Positions 52,150 through 64,000 of a DNA stretch of 64,000 nt are shown piece after piece. The notes beneath the pieces are model-generated. The model worked only from the letters and a program-made list of their open reading frames with translations, made no database searches and was not told the origin of the DNA. Position numbers and translations under genes: made by a program. How positions within the stretch are numbered: position 1 is the first letter of the stretch; each line of letters begins with the position of its first letter. Origin of the DNA: Aplysia californica (Eukaryota); the NCBI RefSeq assembly GCF_000002075.1, contig NW_004797660.1, positions 327,071 to 391,070 on the forward strand. The letters run 5' to 3'.

Positions 52150-54095
52150 TTTGACACTATACAGGGAAAGGATTCTCGTCCTGGACCAAGCTCGTTTCCT
52201 CTGCGTTATATTCGACAAAAAACTCAATTCATACCACAAACGCCAAAGTTTCAAAGACCTTCGTGTGAGGTGCCAGAAAGCGCTTAACGCTTTGAAAATG
52301 CTATCGCATCCGGAGTGGGGCGGAGACTCAAAACACCTTCTCCACTGTAAAGTTACCTGGCGGTCCGATGAGTCTGGTCTGTCGGGGGGCCCCCGTCCAA
52401 GATTAATGTTCCCTCGTCGTGGTCCTGAGTTCGACTGAATACCTCAGTGAGTCTCTCAGACGATGTCTCTCTATTTTGCGCCGGACTCTTGACGTCATCC
52501 AAGGGCGTGCCACTCCCCTAATAATCTTGTCCCCACAGTAAAGATAAGAGTCATGTCCCTTGACATCTCCCTTGTCCGGTCCAGGCTTGACTACGGCTGT
52601 CAAGTCTACGGATCGGCAGAACCACACATCCTGAAAATGCTAGACCCAGAACAAAACCAAGGACTCCGCCTCGCTCTGGGGGCTTTCCGCACTTCCCCGG
52701 TGGAGAGCCTCCAGGCCGAGGCAAACATACCATCACTCTCACTCAGACGCACACAACTCTCACTACAATACGCAATTAAACCGAACTCACCACCAGAAAA
52801 TCCAGCGCACAACTGCATTTTTAAAACAAACCCAGAAATCATAAACAAATTCCAAAACAACGAAAAACTCATCAAACCCTTCGGCCTCAGAATCCTTGAA
52901 GACCTCAAAAACGTACACTTTTCCAAACAAGACATCCAACAATTTCTTTTCCCCGACCTCCCTCTGTGGCACCTCACCAAGGCAAAAGTAGACTTACAGC
53001 TGACCACATACAACAAAGAAAGCACAAACCCCAAAACTTTTAAAGCAGAATACAAAAAACTTATAGATGATTTATACCCCGGTGCGGAGCTCATCTTCAC
53101 GGATGGCTCCAAAAAAGAGAATTATGTGGGCGCAGCGGCCCTACCTTCCAACAGTACACGCCAGAGAAGACTCCATCCTGAAGCCTCCATTTTCTCTGCG
53201 GAGGCCACTGCCATTGACATGGCACTGGACTCCGTAGAAAATTCTCCTAACAAATCTTTCCTTATCCTTTCTGACTCTCTGTTTTGCATCACCTCACTCA
53301 CAGACTACACACTCCTACACTTAAAAATAGTTAGGCTACAACAGAAAATTCACACCCTATCTGTACCTAGCTATGTGGGCATCCGAGGAAACGAGCAGGT
53401 AGACGACCTGGCGAAGAAATCCTTTCATCCCTTCTGTTGGGATCAACGACAAACACTCTCCCACAGACTGACTTAAAAAATTTTATAAAGTAAAAAAGTA
53501 CACCTCCAGTCTGTGGGAGAGCCACTGGAAAAAACAGAAAAATAACAAACTCTGTATGGTAATATAAAACCCAAACTGGAACCGCGAAATCCTGTGGACC
53601 TCTCTAGAGGAGACGAAGTCATTTTTACTCGATTGCACATCGGACACACGGCCCTGACGCACAAATACCTCCTACAGGGAGATGAGAAGCCGTTCTTTGT
53701 CGGATGCGACACAGATTTTACCATTAGACACATTTTAACCGAATGTCTACACTTTGGAGAGATCCGAAGGAAATATTCAAATGCAAGAAATTGCAAGACA
53801 TTTTTTCCGTCGTTGGTCCCAACAGAATCTTGGATTTTATGAAGGCCATTGGTCTTTATGGGAAATTATAAAATGAAACAATATTGTTAAAAATGTTATT
53901 ATTTATAAGAGTTGTTTTCAATTGAAAATATGTTTACACCTAAATTTAATATTTTAACGTTTTAAAGTCTAATAGTTGACCAACCGTGCATTGAACTATT
54001 GCGAATGCAACCAACTTGTGTTTCGCGCACTCATATGACCTTATGCAGTTGCGAGCGCCGTAAAACCCCATACTAAACAACTAAAAACTAAACAA
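52150..54095 (+). mobile_element. I/Nimb-clade LINE 3' half (RT C-terminus, RNase H, CCHC) with complete 3' end
   Basis: RFL.VIFDKKL, WGGD, SLVRSRLDYG, GAFRTSPVESL.AEA, IFTDGSK, SIFSAEA.AI, GIRGNE.VD.LAK and RL.IGHT.LTH...C...TIRHIL.EC. 3' end atatgaccttatgcagttgcgagcgccgtaaaac followed by (ctaaa)n. Confidence 0.9.
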
Positions 54096-54684
54096 GTTTT
54101 CAAAATGATAGAATAGACTTCCTGTTAGCAGACTCGAAAGAAAATATAGCACTGAGAGACGATTTTTGGTCATTTCAGCCCTTTTTTTGTTCCCTTCGAA
54201 ACGTAAAAATGAGAAGAAAAGCTCTCCCCCGACTTCAGTATATGTCTCATATTTTCACTTCTATATTAGGTACATATATACATGACTTTCAGCATTTCTT
54301 TGTATTACTTGAGGCAACCTACTTGGGAAGTTTGAATCATGCTGTTGTTGTACTTTTTGAGATATGACCTTTAAAAGATGGAAAATTGTTGATTTCATAT
54401 GACGCCTTCGATATTGCATAATCACTTTTAGAAACCCAAAACTAATATAATTGGAATAAATCTTCAATATATTGTATCCCCATATGATAGATTATTTTTT
54501 AACCTTCAGTTTGATGGGCCATAAGATATGGTTTCTGCGTGTTTAGTTGGACGTTTTGACATTTTCCTTTGGTGGGGTAGGGGCGTAAAATAGATCAGGG
54601 AAAAGCCCTGGGCCAGTGGTTGATTTTGGCCGGGTAGGAAAAGAGTTAAAATTGTAATGAATGTTTCTTTGTTTCAAAGGTACA

Positions 54685-57600
54685 ATGGATCTTCTTCCTA
54701 CAAGTCACACAGAGTTCAGCCAACCTGACTACTGGGACCGATTTTTCAAGAAACGAGGGAAAATCCCGTTTGAATGGTAAATAGTAGCTTTACAATAACT
54801 ATACATATTTTAACCTACCCGAGATGGAATTGCAAAGAAGCAAGAGAACAATTGCATCTTAAACATTTTCTGTCTCAGATGGGGAAATTTAGGGGGAGTG
54901 GGTCCAGAGGGCCAGCTCGTAGGCAGTGGTATCAAGGGTCGCCTGTCCGGTCGGCAAGATGTGGTAAAAACTTCACACCTCCCAAGTGCCATCCTAGCCT
55001 CTCTGATAATGGCCTGTATCAGTCTTACTTATCCATTGCCACAAGTGTTAGCATCTCCAAGGACATCTGTTTGACGAATTAAAAACTGAAACCATTGAAC
55101 TTCTCCTCTGTATCCATTGTTCTTAGCCCCCACCCATTGATGTAATTATAAGCACAATCAGCTCTAAAACCACCCTTGTCCTGTATGTAACAATGATTCA
55201 AGAAACGTTTACAGTCAGGGCGGCAGGCCGTGGTCAAATTAATTTCACACTTCTGGCTCCCGAGGACAGTTTTCATGCTGGAGCCACTCAAGCACTTCCA
55301 CCAGCAGTGGTGAGAAATCTTGCCCACACCACCTTGACCAACTGCACCACTTGGGGCTCACATGGATGGGTAACAGCAACCCTCAAACCACACCCCTTCT
55401 CCCCCCTCCCCCCTTCCTGCCTTCCTTGCCTGGCGGCGTTGCATAAATGTTATCTGATGGAACTAAATTTAGTTTTGTTTCAAATCAAGGCTGAGCAAGC
55501 AAAGCATAATTTTCCATCCTCAACAGGAATTTCTGTTTCTGGATTGAGTAGGTTTCTGTCTCAGACAGATGTATTATTTATAAAAGAATTTATCATGGGA
55601 GGGGCAGGGAGATATCGTTTGGCAGTTAAGGTAGGTTCCTGTAAGTGATTGCAAGTTTTTTTAAACTTTGGTTTATCATCATGATCTTGATTCAGTGGAA
55701 ATGTATTGGATAAAGAGTGTGTACATTTTTTTATTTTTTGATCAGGCTTTTGCACACCCTAGAATAACTTTCAGAGTCTTAGTGTAAAAATTAATGTGAA
55801 GCAATCCAGTTTAAATGGTATTGATAGTTATTGTCTTTTGTTATGAAGTTATGACCGACCTACCATTGTAGACAATTCAAATGGAAAAGAACGTGAAAGT
55901 GGATGCAAATGACTGCATGCTTATTTTGGGATTATTTTCTTACTTTTACTCAGAACACTCTGATGTGAAAATATAATATTTGCGAGTACAAATTGTATAT
56001 GTATTTTCTGTTTTCTAGGTATGGTGAGTACCCTCAGCTGAGCCATGTGATCCATAAGTACATCACGCCATCCAACTTGGTCCTGGTAGTGGGCTGTGGT
56101 AACTCTGCTCTCAGTGAGAATATGTACGACAATGGCCTACAAAATCTTGTCAACATTGACATCAGTGATGTGGTCATTCGTCAGATGACAGACAGACACA
56201 AAGTGAAACGACCAAAAATGACATTTGAAAAAGTGGATGTCACTCAGGTTTGTGCGTTGATTTTCCTGTTTAAATGTGTATTTGAATCAAATTTCTTATT
56301 TAAATATGATCTTTGTGGACTTCAGCTCATTGATGTCTTAGCTTCTGGATCCCACCCTTTTGTTATTTAGATCTCTATTGAGGTGTTTTAGAAGTTGACT
56401 TAATGGCTTGCTAAAAATTCTAAACAAAAGTAAGAAGAGATGGTTCTTGGGATTTTGTTTTCTATTTTCAAGTCCATTTTTGCAAAAAGTATTGAGCCCT
56501 TGACCGGTGGCGTATAAAATTGCTCAAATTCCTAGTCACTGGTGCAGCGGTGAGCGAGACCCTATTCCCAACCTGTCTTCTGGAGGTCAGGGCTCAAAGG
56601 GTACTGACTGACCTGCTCAAAGTTTGTCAAAGCACTGCTTTCTTTTTAGTGTCAGCAAATGGTTTTGCTTTCATTTTGTCTCCTTTTTCATTATGTTTTA
56701 TTTTTACCTGTTTTTAATCTTAAACCTGTTTTTAATCTTATACCTTTGCTTGCGCTCTTGTTCACAGACATTGCTGATAGGTCTTCCATCAGCTGTATCT
56801 TTTTTTGTTATTATCTAACATTGTTAGCTCTAAGTGACTGTCATTATGTAAATTTTCTTGTTTGTGACAGACTGAACAAAAAAAAAAATTTAATTTGATT
56901 GCAGATGGCCTATACAGATATGCATTTTAATGCTGTACTGGATAAAGGAACCTTAGATGCCCTTCTGGTCAGTGAAGAGAAAGACGTAATTGAAAATATA
57001 CACCGTATGTTTGCTGAAGTGTGTAGATGTTTGAAGCTTGGAGGTCGCTACGTTATCATCTCACTGCTTCAGGACCATGTACAGAGAACTCTTCTTCGCT
57101 ACTTTACAGAATTGTAAGTCTGTATTATTTTGATATTTTTAGTCTTTTATACGAAAGTCACTTTGGGTGAGCTGCTAATCTGGTTTGATAAAGTTCTACT
57201 TCTGTGCTAGCTATCTGTGTTTGAATTCTTCTTCTGCGTTTTTTAAAGCTTTTGCTGTACTCATTCTCTGAGATGGCCTTTTCTGTTTACTTTGTTTTTA
57301 GATGTAGACTTTCTTTGTTTGATGAAGACACATCATTGAAGTTTCAGAGTTCATTCAGATTTTGTCCAACAGTTGATGCTTAGCTGTGCAGAAAGTATTT
57401 CCAGACTTTGAAAAACCTCTGTGGTGCGGAATTCTTTTCTTTATTGGTATCAGGTTTTTGTTTATCTTCTTACCATTTTGTCTCTATTGATGTATGACCC
57501 ATTCTTTCTTGTTTTAAATTTTATCGCTTCAACTAAAATTCTCAAACTTTACAGATCCTGGCCAATCAGAATTCATCGTATTCACATGGAGGCTGAAGGT

Positions 57601-60600
57601 GGCGGTCAAGATTCATTATCAATGCCTGTCTTTGCCGTGGTCATTACCAAGCTGAAAAGCATACCTGGGATGCCCCAGGTAAACTGATGATTTTTCAAAT
57701 ACTGTTTTGTATTGGTATGGAGCATCAGTATTGTAAGTGAAACTTCCAGTAAATGTACTGGACATTCGTCAGTCACGATTTTTTATTCTCCAGTGTTGTA
57801 TGTGTTGTCAAATACACCTTTCAACACTGTAAGGTTGGCTATGAGGCATGACTTCCAAATTGGATACATCCAAAAGTGTCAAGCCAAGTGAATGGAGAGG
57901 AGGGGCTCTCGTGGTCTAGAGGTTATGGTGTTCGCCTCTCATTCAATAGGTCTCGAGTTCAAAACCTGACAGCGACAGAAAAATTTTTTCTGTAAAATTT
58001 CTCCTTTCACCTCTTTTCCTGTTCTCTAACCTAGTTCTGTCATCTGCTTTCATCTCCACTTTCTGCCCCCTCCTCTCTTCCCTTTGCCCTTCCTCTGGGC
58101 TCTTAACTCTCTCTGTAGCCTTTCTACTGCTACTCCTTGGCTCCTTCTTACTGCTGTCTTTCAGCTACACCCCTAATCTTATGGCAAGTAAGATCTAACA
58201 CCTAGCCTTCTCGGATAAGGGCGAAGAATCTCAGAGGTCACGTGTGCAAATTGCGCTCATTAAAGATCAGTTGGTGGTCCTAAAAATCGAGAAGAGTGGT
58301 CATCAGCGGCCACCCGAGCAAAATTCCAAATTCCTACCAAGCAGAAAATGTTTAATGTGTCCCGCACGCTCATATGACCTTGTGCAGTTGCGAGCGCTGT
58401 AAAAACAGAGGATAGAGAGCTTTGAAAACTCACAAAAGTTTAAGAATGCTTCTTCTGTCTTCCTGTTTTACCGGCTGCTGTGGCTCAGTAGATTATGAAC
58501 TCAGCCTGCTCTTACAAGTTTGGGTGTTGAATTCAAGTGGGATCTGAATTGTTCATACCCTTCCTTGAATTGTTTTCCTTTTTGCTTGGTGTTCTGACAA
58601 CAGATCAAGTGTGCTGCCTATGAGGCCTTTTGTAAAAGCATTGACTTTCAGTAACAGCAAACAGCAAATTAACAACCAAAGATAGAACCTGACAGCAATC
58701 TGCAGTAAAGACAATAGGAAAAAGAAAAGAGTGCTTTAACTCAAGCCCCCCCCCCCCCCGTCCTCTAACCCCAGATCGTGGAGGTTTGTCGATATGAAGA
58801 TCGAGTGGACAGATTGGAAGATGTGAAATATCTGTCTGAGATCGTGCGAGACATGCAGTACTACCATATTGTGAGGCAGCAGCTGGCTGGCAAGTGAGTA
58901 GAGGGTCCAGTGAGTGATGTTTAGGTTCTGCTTTTCTGGGTATGTATAAAAGTTTCTGACTTTGTATTTGCTCATTTGTTTGAGAGGAAGTAAAAATCAC
59001 AATTTCGAGTAATAAAGGAGGGCATGTGATGTTTGCTTCGTTTCCATCTGTTCCAAGAAAAATTAGTCATTTTTACGTCTGGTCAGTTTCTGACACAAGC
59101 ACAGGAGAGATCATGCTAAAACAAGTTGCTGTCGCTTTGAAATGTGCTTTTACAAGTGATAATAACATAAGAAAAATTCCGTTTTACCCAGAATGCTAGC
59201 AGCTGGAGACCACTGTATATTAGATTTTGGAAATAAATAGAATTATTAATCCTGAATTTGAAATGTCAACCTCTTTTTTCACCCACATTACAGAATGTGC
59301 TACTACAGCTAGTTGTCCTATTGAAAGATACTTTTTGTGCCTCTAATTTAATTTGATGTAGACTTATTGTTCAAGAAAAAATATTGACAGAGGCTGCAGA
59401 TTGATTGGGCTTTGTATGATCTCCTTATCCCTTTGTGAATATCACTGTCCATAGCTCTATCTTGTTTGTAATTCTCGTGAACTCTTTAATTCCTTGGGGA
59501 TAACCCCTCGGGGCGGTGCTACTGACTGAACTGTCTTTAGGCCATTCCCAAACGGGGGACACTAATATGTTCTTATGCACAGTAGAATTCAGGATCAATA
59601 ACAACATGCACAGTAGAATTGGAAATTTTAAATGGGCTGATTCATTAATGTCATGCTCATAACTGTGCCTGAACTGCAATAGGGAACTGCTGCTTTTTCT
59701 TTCCTAATCCTTACTATCATCATTTTTTCTCTACTTCTTTTGTATGTTTGTCACACACTTGTGACCCACTATTTCCCGGTTGCCTTGATAGTCGAAGTAG
59801 ACTTTGTGCTGTTGAAACTAGGGAAGTAAGCAGAGTAAGTCTGATTCCCTGTAAGGACTTCTCTGTTGACATCCACCCCTTGGCGCTCATATGACCTTTT
59901 GCCTTTGTGATCGCCGTAAAACCTCTTCTAAAAAAAAAATTTTTTTTGAAAAACTCAAGTCCTTGGAGATGGTTAGAGAGAGCTTCTGGTCATTCCTACT
60001 TCTTTCCCATTCCCATATTTTTTTCCACATAATATGATCTCGAGGGTTTTTATTAAAGTTCTTTAGCTCTTGATGAAGTGTTCCCAATATGTTTCTCTTT
60101 ATCTCATACTCAAACCTGTGCCCTGTGTCCCCAGGATGTCCAGCGATCAGCAGATTACGCTGGAACTGCACACCCCTGACTCCAACATGCCACGGTACAG
60201 TCTCACGGTGGTCGACTCACCAGACAAGATGGAGAACAAATTTGCCATCTTCATTGTACCTCAAGGAAGGTGAGAGAATGAAACTGCTGTTGTCATCATC
60301 TCAGGTTCTGATGCTTGAGAGTCAGGGAAAACTGAGATAGAAAAAGTAAGATGTTGGGCGAAATGGAAGAGGGAGCAGTTGATGATTGAACCTGAAAAGA
60401 CTTGCCATAGATCTAACAAACAGCCCAATCATGGTCGAATCATCTGCACATTTTATCAACTTGATGTTATTGCTTTTAATTTGTCATTCATTCGTTTACA
60501 GTGTAAACAAAACTGGTGACAAAACAACACAGTCTTGCTGTGATGTGTGTCAATACTATGCAATGTTCTAAAATTGAGAAATTCCTTCACAGGGAGACGG

Positions 60601-60779
60601 AATGGCTGTTCTCTACTGACAAGGGCCGGCTTCATCTCACAGCCAGTGCTGGCTTTCAGCGCCTAGTGGTGGTAGGGTTGGGTCGAGGTCACGAATATGA
60701 CAATCTTGAAGCTATCAAGGCAGAACTTTCCCTCAAGGTCATGGAGTTAGCTCCGCCTAAATGCCCTCCTAGAGCACAG
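54685..60779 (+). CDS. METTL13: eEF1A lysine and N-terminal methyltransferase (METTL13/EEF1AKNMT), 5' part; gene continues beyond the window
   Basis: Exons 54685-54776, 56019-56247, 56905-57113, 57555-57678, 58775-58893, 60135-60269 and 60593-60779, GT-AG and phase-consistent. Motifs MDLLP..H.EF...YWD.FF..RG...[49 protein letters not shown] and [21 protein letters not shown]. Confidence 0.93.
57902..58406 (+). mobile_element. tRNA-derived SINE, copy 6, in a METTL13 intron
   Basis: Full head, body and tail. Candidate target-site duplication agagga on both sides. Confidence 0.85.
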
Positions 60780-61372
60780 GTTTGTGACATAACGCAAATG
60801 TTCGATGTTCTTCTTCTTTTTGTATTATAAATTCACTGAAGTCTGTTTTTAATACACTCACTTGTAATAATGCTTCTATAAAACAGTCTGTAGTCTTGAG
60901 TGGAGGGTTGGGGGGGGGGAGAAGAAAATGATTATTTAACTCAAAAGTGAAGTGTCCACCTCTTTTTTTCCAAAGCACATAGTTCTGTGATTGGTTCATT
61001 GGTTTGTACAAGTATGAATGGATGGTAAATGACTGGAATTTCATTCAGTGCTTTGGATATGATAGATATAACATTTGATTTTCTTCCATTAGGGCAAAAC
61101 ATTCAGAGGTCACATGTGCACATTGCATAATCTACTGACATGATAGTCATTTAAAGCCACTGAACTAGTTGACTATTGAGGTCAGGAGCCTGGAGCTTTA
61201 ACTTAAAGCAAAATTATACATTAACCCCTAGCTAGAACAGAAACACTGGGGTACTATTAAGAAACAGTTAAGGGAATTGACAGTGGTAGGGAACATGACC
61301 AGATAAATATGGAAATATGTAGGTCTATTGAGGTTATTACTTCCAATTAACTTTTACCCAATGTTTATAGTC

Positions 61373-63923
61373 CAGTGGTTCTCAACCTTTTTCAATCCGC
61401 GACCCCCTTTTGATTGTTTGGCAAATGAAACGACCCCTCGTACCCCAACCACTAAATAAAGTAATAAAGAAACCCTTTTAATCATCCCCCCCCCCCAAAA
61501 AAAAAGCATACAATCCAGCAGCAGACAATTAAAGAGGCCTATATTACATATTAACTACTGAACAATAACTGTACCTTTGATGTTTTAAATCACTCCTATT
61601 TCAAGCAAATACAAATCNNNNNNNNNNNNNNNNNNNNNNNNNNNNNNNNNNNNNNNNNNNNNNNNNNNNNNNNNNNNNNNNNNNNNNNNNNNNNNNNNNN
61701 NNNNNNNNNNNNNNNNNNNNNNNNNNNNNNNNNNNNNNNNNNNNNNNNNNNNNNNNNNNNNNNNNNNNNNNAAACTGGTGAGAGGGCTGTGCCTGTAGTT
61801 CAGCGACCAGTTTTGAAATTCTCGGGGAAGTCTTGGATAAAGCAAGGTACATATCTCTCTCTCTCTCTCTCTCTCTCCTCATTTTATATCCCTACTTTCG
61901 CCATCCCCACCCACTCCCCCACTCACACACACACCACTGTAAACATTTTATATAATGTGAAAGAGCTGGAATAATTATGGTAGTGTCAAGAAACAATATT
62001 GTGATTAATGTATGATGGAAGTTACTGAGTTAATAGAAACTGACTTGAACGGCATAGAAACAGAAACACTACTAGAGTATGCTAGAAAACAAACTGAAAG
62101 TGAGAAGCACAATGAACTGCTGGTCATGGCCTCTGGTACTTTAACCAAAGATTTTTACTTTCTACTAAGTTTCTACACACCCACACACAATATCGACGTG
62201 CACTCGACCTGTAAATAATATGTAATAAGAACAGTACTGTATGATGGCAAAAAGTCAATTGATACGGTACCAATGACGCTGTCCCATGCAGATTAAGTCT
62301 ACAATCAGATACTATACAAAGCTGGACAAAGTTAGCACACAACAGTTTTCCATCATTATGTTATCAAACGTTCTTCATCTCACTTCTCAGTTTTCAGACC
62401 ACTGTGGTAACAAAGTGGGAAGTGTGTCAAATGCTAATTATAGAACTTGGTGTCTAGCTGGGGTGACGGTGGATAAGGGGAGGGAAGGGAGGGGGTAGGC
62501 CCATTGTTTTCGGCCCAGACTCTGACGGCCGAGAGCCTATCGCTCCTCGTTATAATTCTCCTTATATATCTTCACTAGACGATTCCTCTTTTCGCCGGCT
62601 AGACTCATATGGGCCAGGTACGTTGTTAGTGGGGAGAAAGCAATGAATAGTCACCAAACATGAACTATAGGTGGCTAAAAATTCAATAAACAAAAAAGAT
62701 TAGTGCCATGCTGACAATGAATGTTCTGATGATAGTAGACAAAGGCTGGATGATAAGTACATGTATTGAGCTGATAAAATATTTTATGTGTCTGTGCTGC
62801 TCAAGACTCAAGACAGTCTCATTACTGATTTTGTAAGCAACACGGAGGCCAATTTGGCAATCAAGGGCTGGTGCGATAAACAAAGGTGAAGGAATGAGGC
62901 TCTGTCGCGACAAAACAGCAGTGAATCCCACTTGTCTATTTGAATGCGTTTAAATCGGCAAGGTGCTTTTTGAATGTTGATACATGTTTATTCGGATTTA
63001 CTTAAAACTGAATGAAAATCATCATCAGCAATAAATCTCTGACAAAAATTTGACCGCCACCGCCGGTCTTGCCCAGTTAACAAACCGCCCCTGCCTGTAG
63101 GCAAGTCTTTGGGTCCACAAATCAATTGAGAAATGCCTGCTGACCTCATCTTTTCTTTGCACTTCCAGGAAGAACTTGATCTCCTCTCTCGGCTCGAAGA
63201 CGCGACATACAACGTTTCCTTTCGATAACCATCGAACTTGAGTGTAGAAAAGCAGTGTTTCATGATCTGCACTCATGTCAAAACAGAGTTCCTTGAACAG
63301 TCGGGTATTTAGGGGGCTGTGTTTCACATAGTTGGCAATCTTAACAGTCGATTCCAACGTTTCCTTCAAAGTGGGATTGAGAGTCTTGCAAGCTAGTGCA
63401 TATATATCTATGTATCATGCAGTGAACGCCTTTTGCGTATGGTGCTTTGTCTTTCACTTTTACCTGAAAGCCCAACTTAGATCCCATCGTGGCTGGGGTA
63501 CCATCAGTACAAATACCACACACATTCTTTCACTCAAGACCCTCGTTTTCCAAAAAAGGAGGCTAACTTGTTCATGACATCATCAGCTGTTGTGGTGGTG
63601 TCCAGTGGGGTGCAAAAAAAAACCCCATTCTTCTTTCACATCTTTTCCCAACACGTATCTCGCAAAGACCAGTCACTGTGAGCAGGATGCCACATCAACT
63701 GATTCGTCAAGCTGGAACGAGAACTTGGGGGAAGCATTAGCCTCCTCTACAACCTGTTACTTAATAAATGTTTGAAGACATGCGTACAATACGCCTCTTG
63801 ACAGTATCATTTGAAAGGGGAACTTGCTGCAATTTCTGTGCACTAACCTCACCTAACATCAGCTGTGCCATCTTTATCGTGCAAAGCTTTATAAGTGTTT
63901 CTCCAATTGTGTGTGGTTTCTTT

Positions 63924-63925
<2 letters not shown>
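61373..63925 (-). mobile_element. hAT (Buster/Charlie, ZBED5/SCAND3-like) transposon relic in a METTL13 intron
   Basis: TIR cagtggttctcaacc at 61373. Minus-strand fragments KPHTIGE.LIK, LSNDTV.RRI, QLDESVD, ICTDG...M.G...GF, HCMIHR, SPLNTRLF and LLFYTQVRWLSKG, with frameshifts. Confidence 0.85.
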
Positions 63926-63983
<58 letters not shown>

Positions 63984-64000
63984 TCCTTTTTTTTTCTCCT

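Noticed and set aside
52360-52400. Hammerhead ribozyme (ccgatgag)
   Set aside because: The core deviates from CUGAUGA and there is no suitably placed GAAA or stems.
356-60779. Functional cluster of translation-related genes (EF-Tu and the eEF1A methyltransferase)
   Set aside because: Different compartments (mitochondrial versus cytosolic), more than 50 kb apart, with unrelated genes between; likely coincidence.

Overview
AT-rich animal nuclear DNA with spliceosomal introns and nine N-gaps. The repeat content suggests a lophotrochozoan, possibly a gastropod (inference). Four protein-coding genes can be built from the sequence. (1) An intronless, divergent mitochondrial EF-Tu of the EF-Tu2 type with a ~42-aa basic C-terminal extension (minus strand). 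(2) A 6-exon atypical ARF/ARL-family small GTPase lacking the switch-I Thr and catalytic switch-II Gln. (3) A 9-coding-exon lysosomal thioesterase PPT2. (4) The 5' part of METTL13/EEF1AKNMT (7 exons; it runs off the window). The rest is transposon-rich: a tRNA-headed SINE family (6 copies) whose 3' tail matches an I/Nimb-clade LINE in the same window, RTE, CR1 and other LINE relics, pogo/Tigger and other MITEs, and Tc1, Sola-like and hAT relics. Two structures near gene 5' ends stand out. One is three blocks built from a tandem 34-bp palindrome, two of which bracket a 6-kb segment as inverted repeats. The other is a 33-bp perfect palindrome flanked by an 8-bp direct repeat, which looks like a P-type excision footprint and has related half-sites near PPT2. 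Family assignments rest on recalled motifs; no database search was run.
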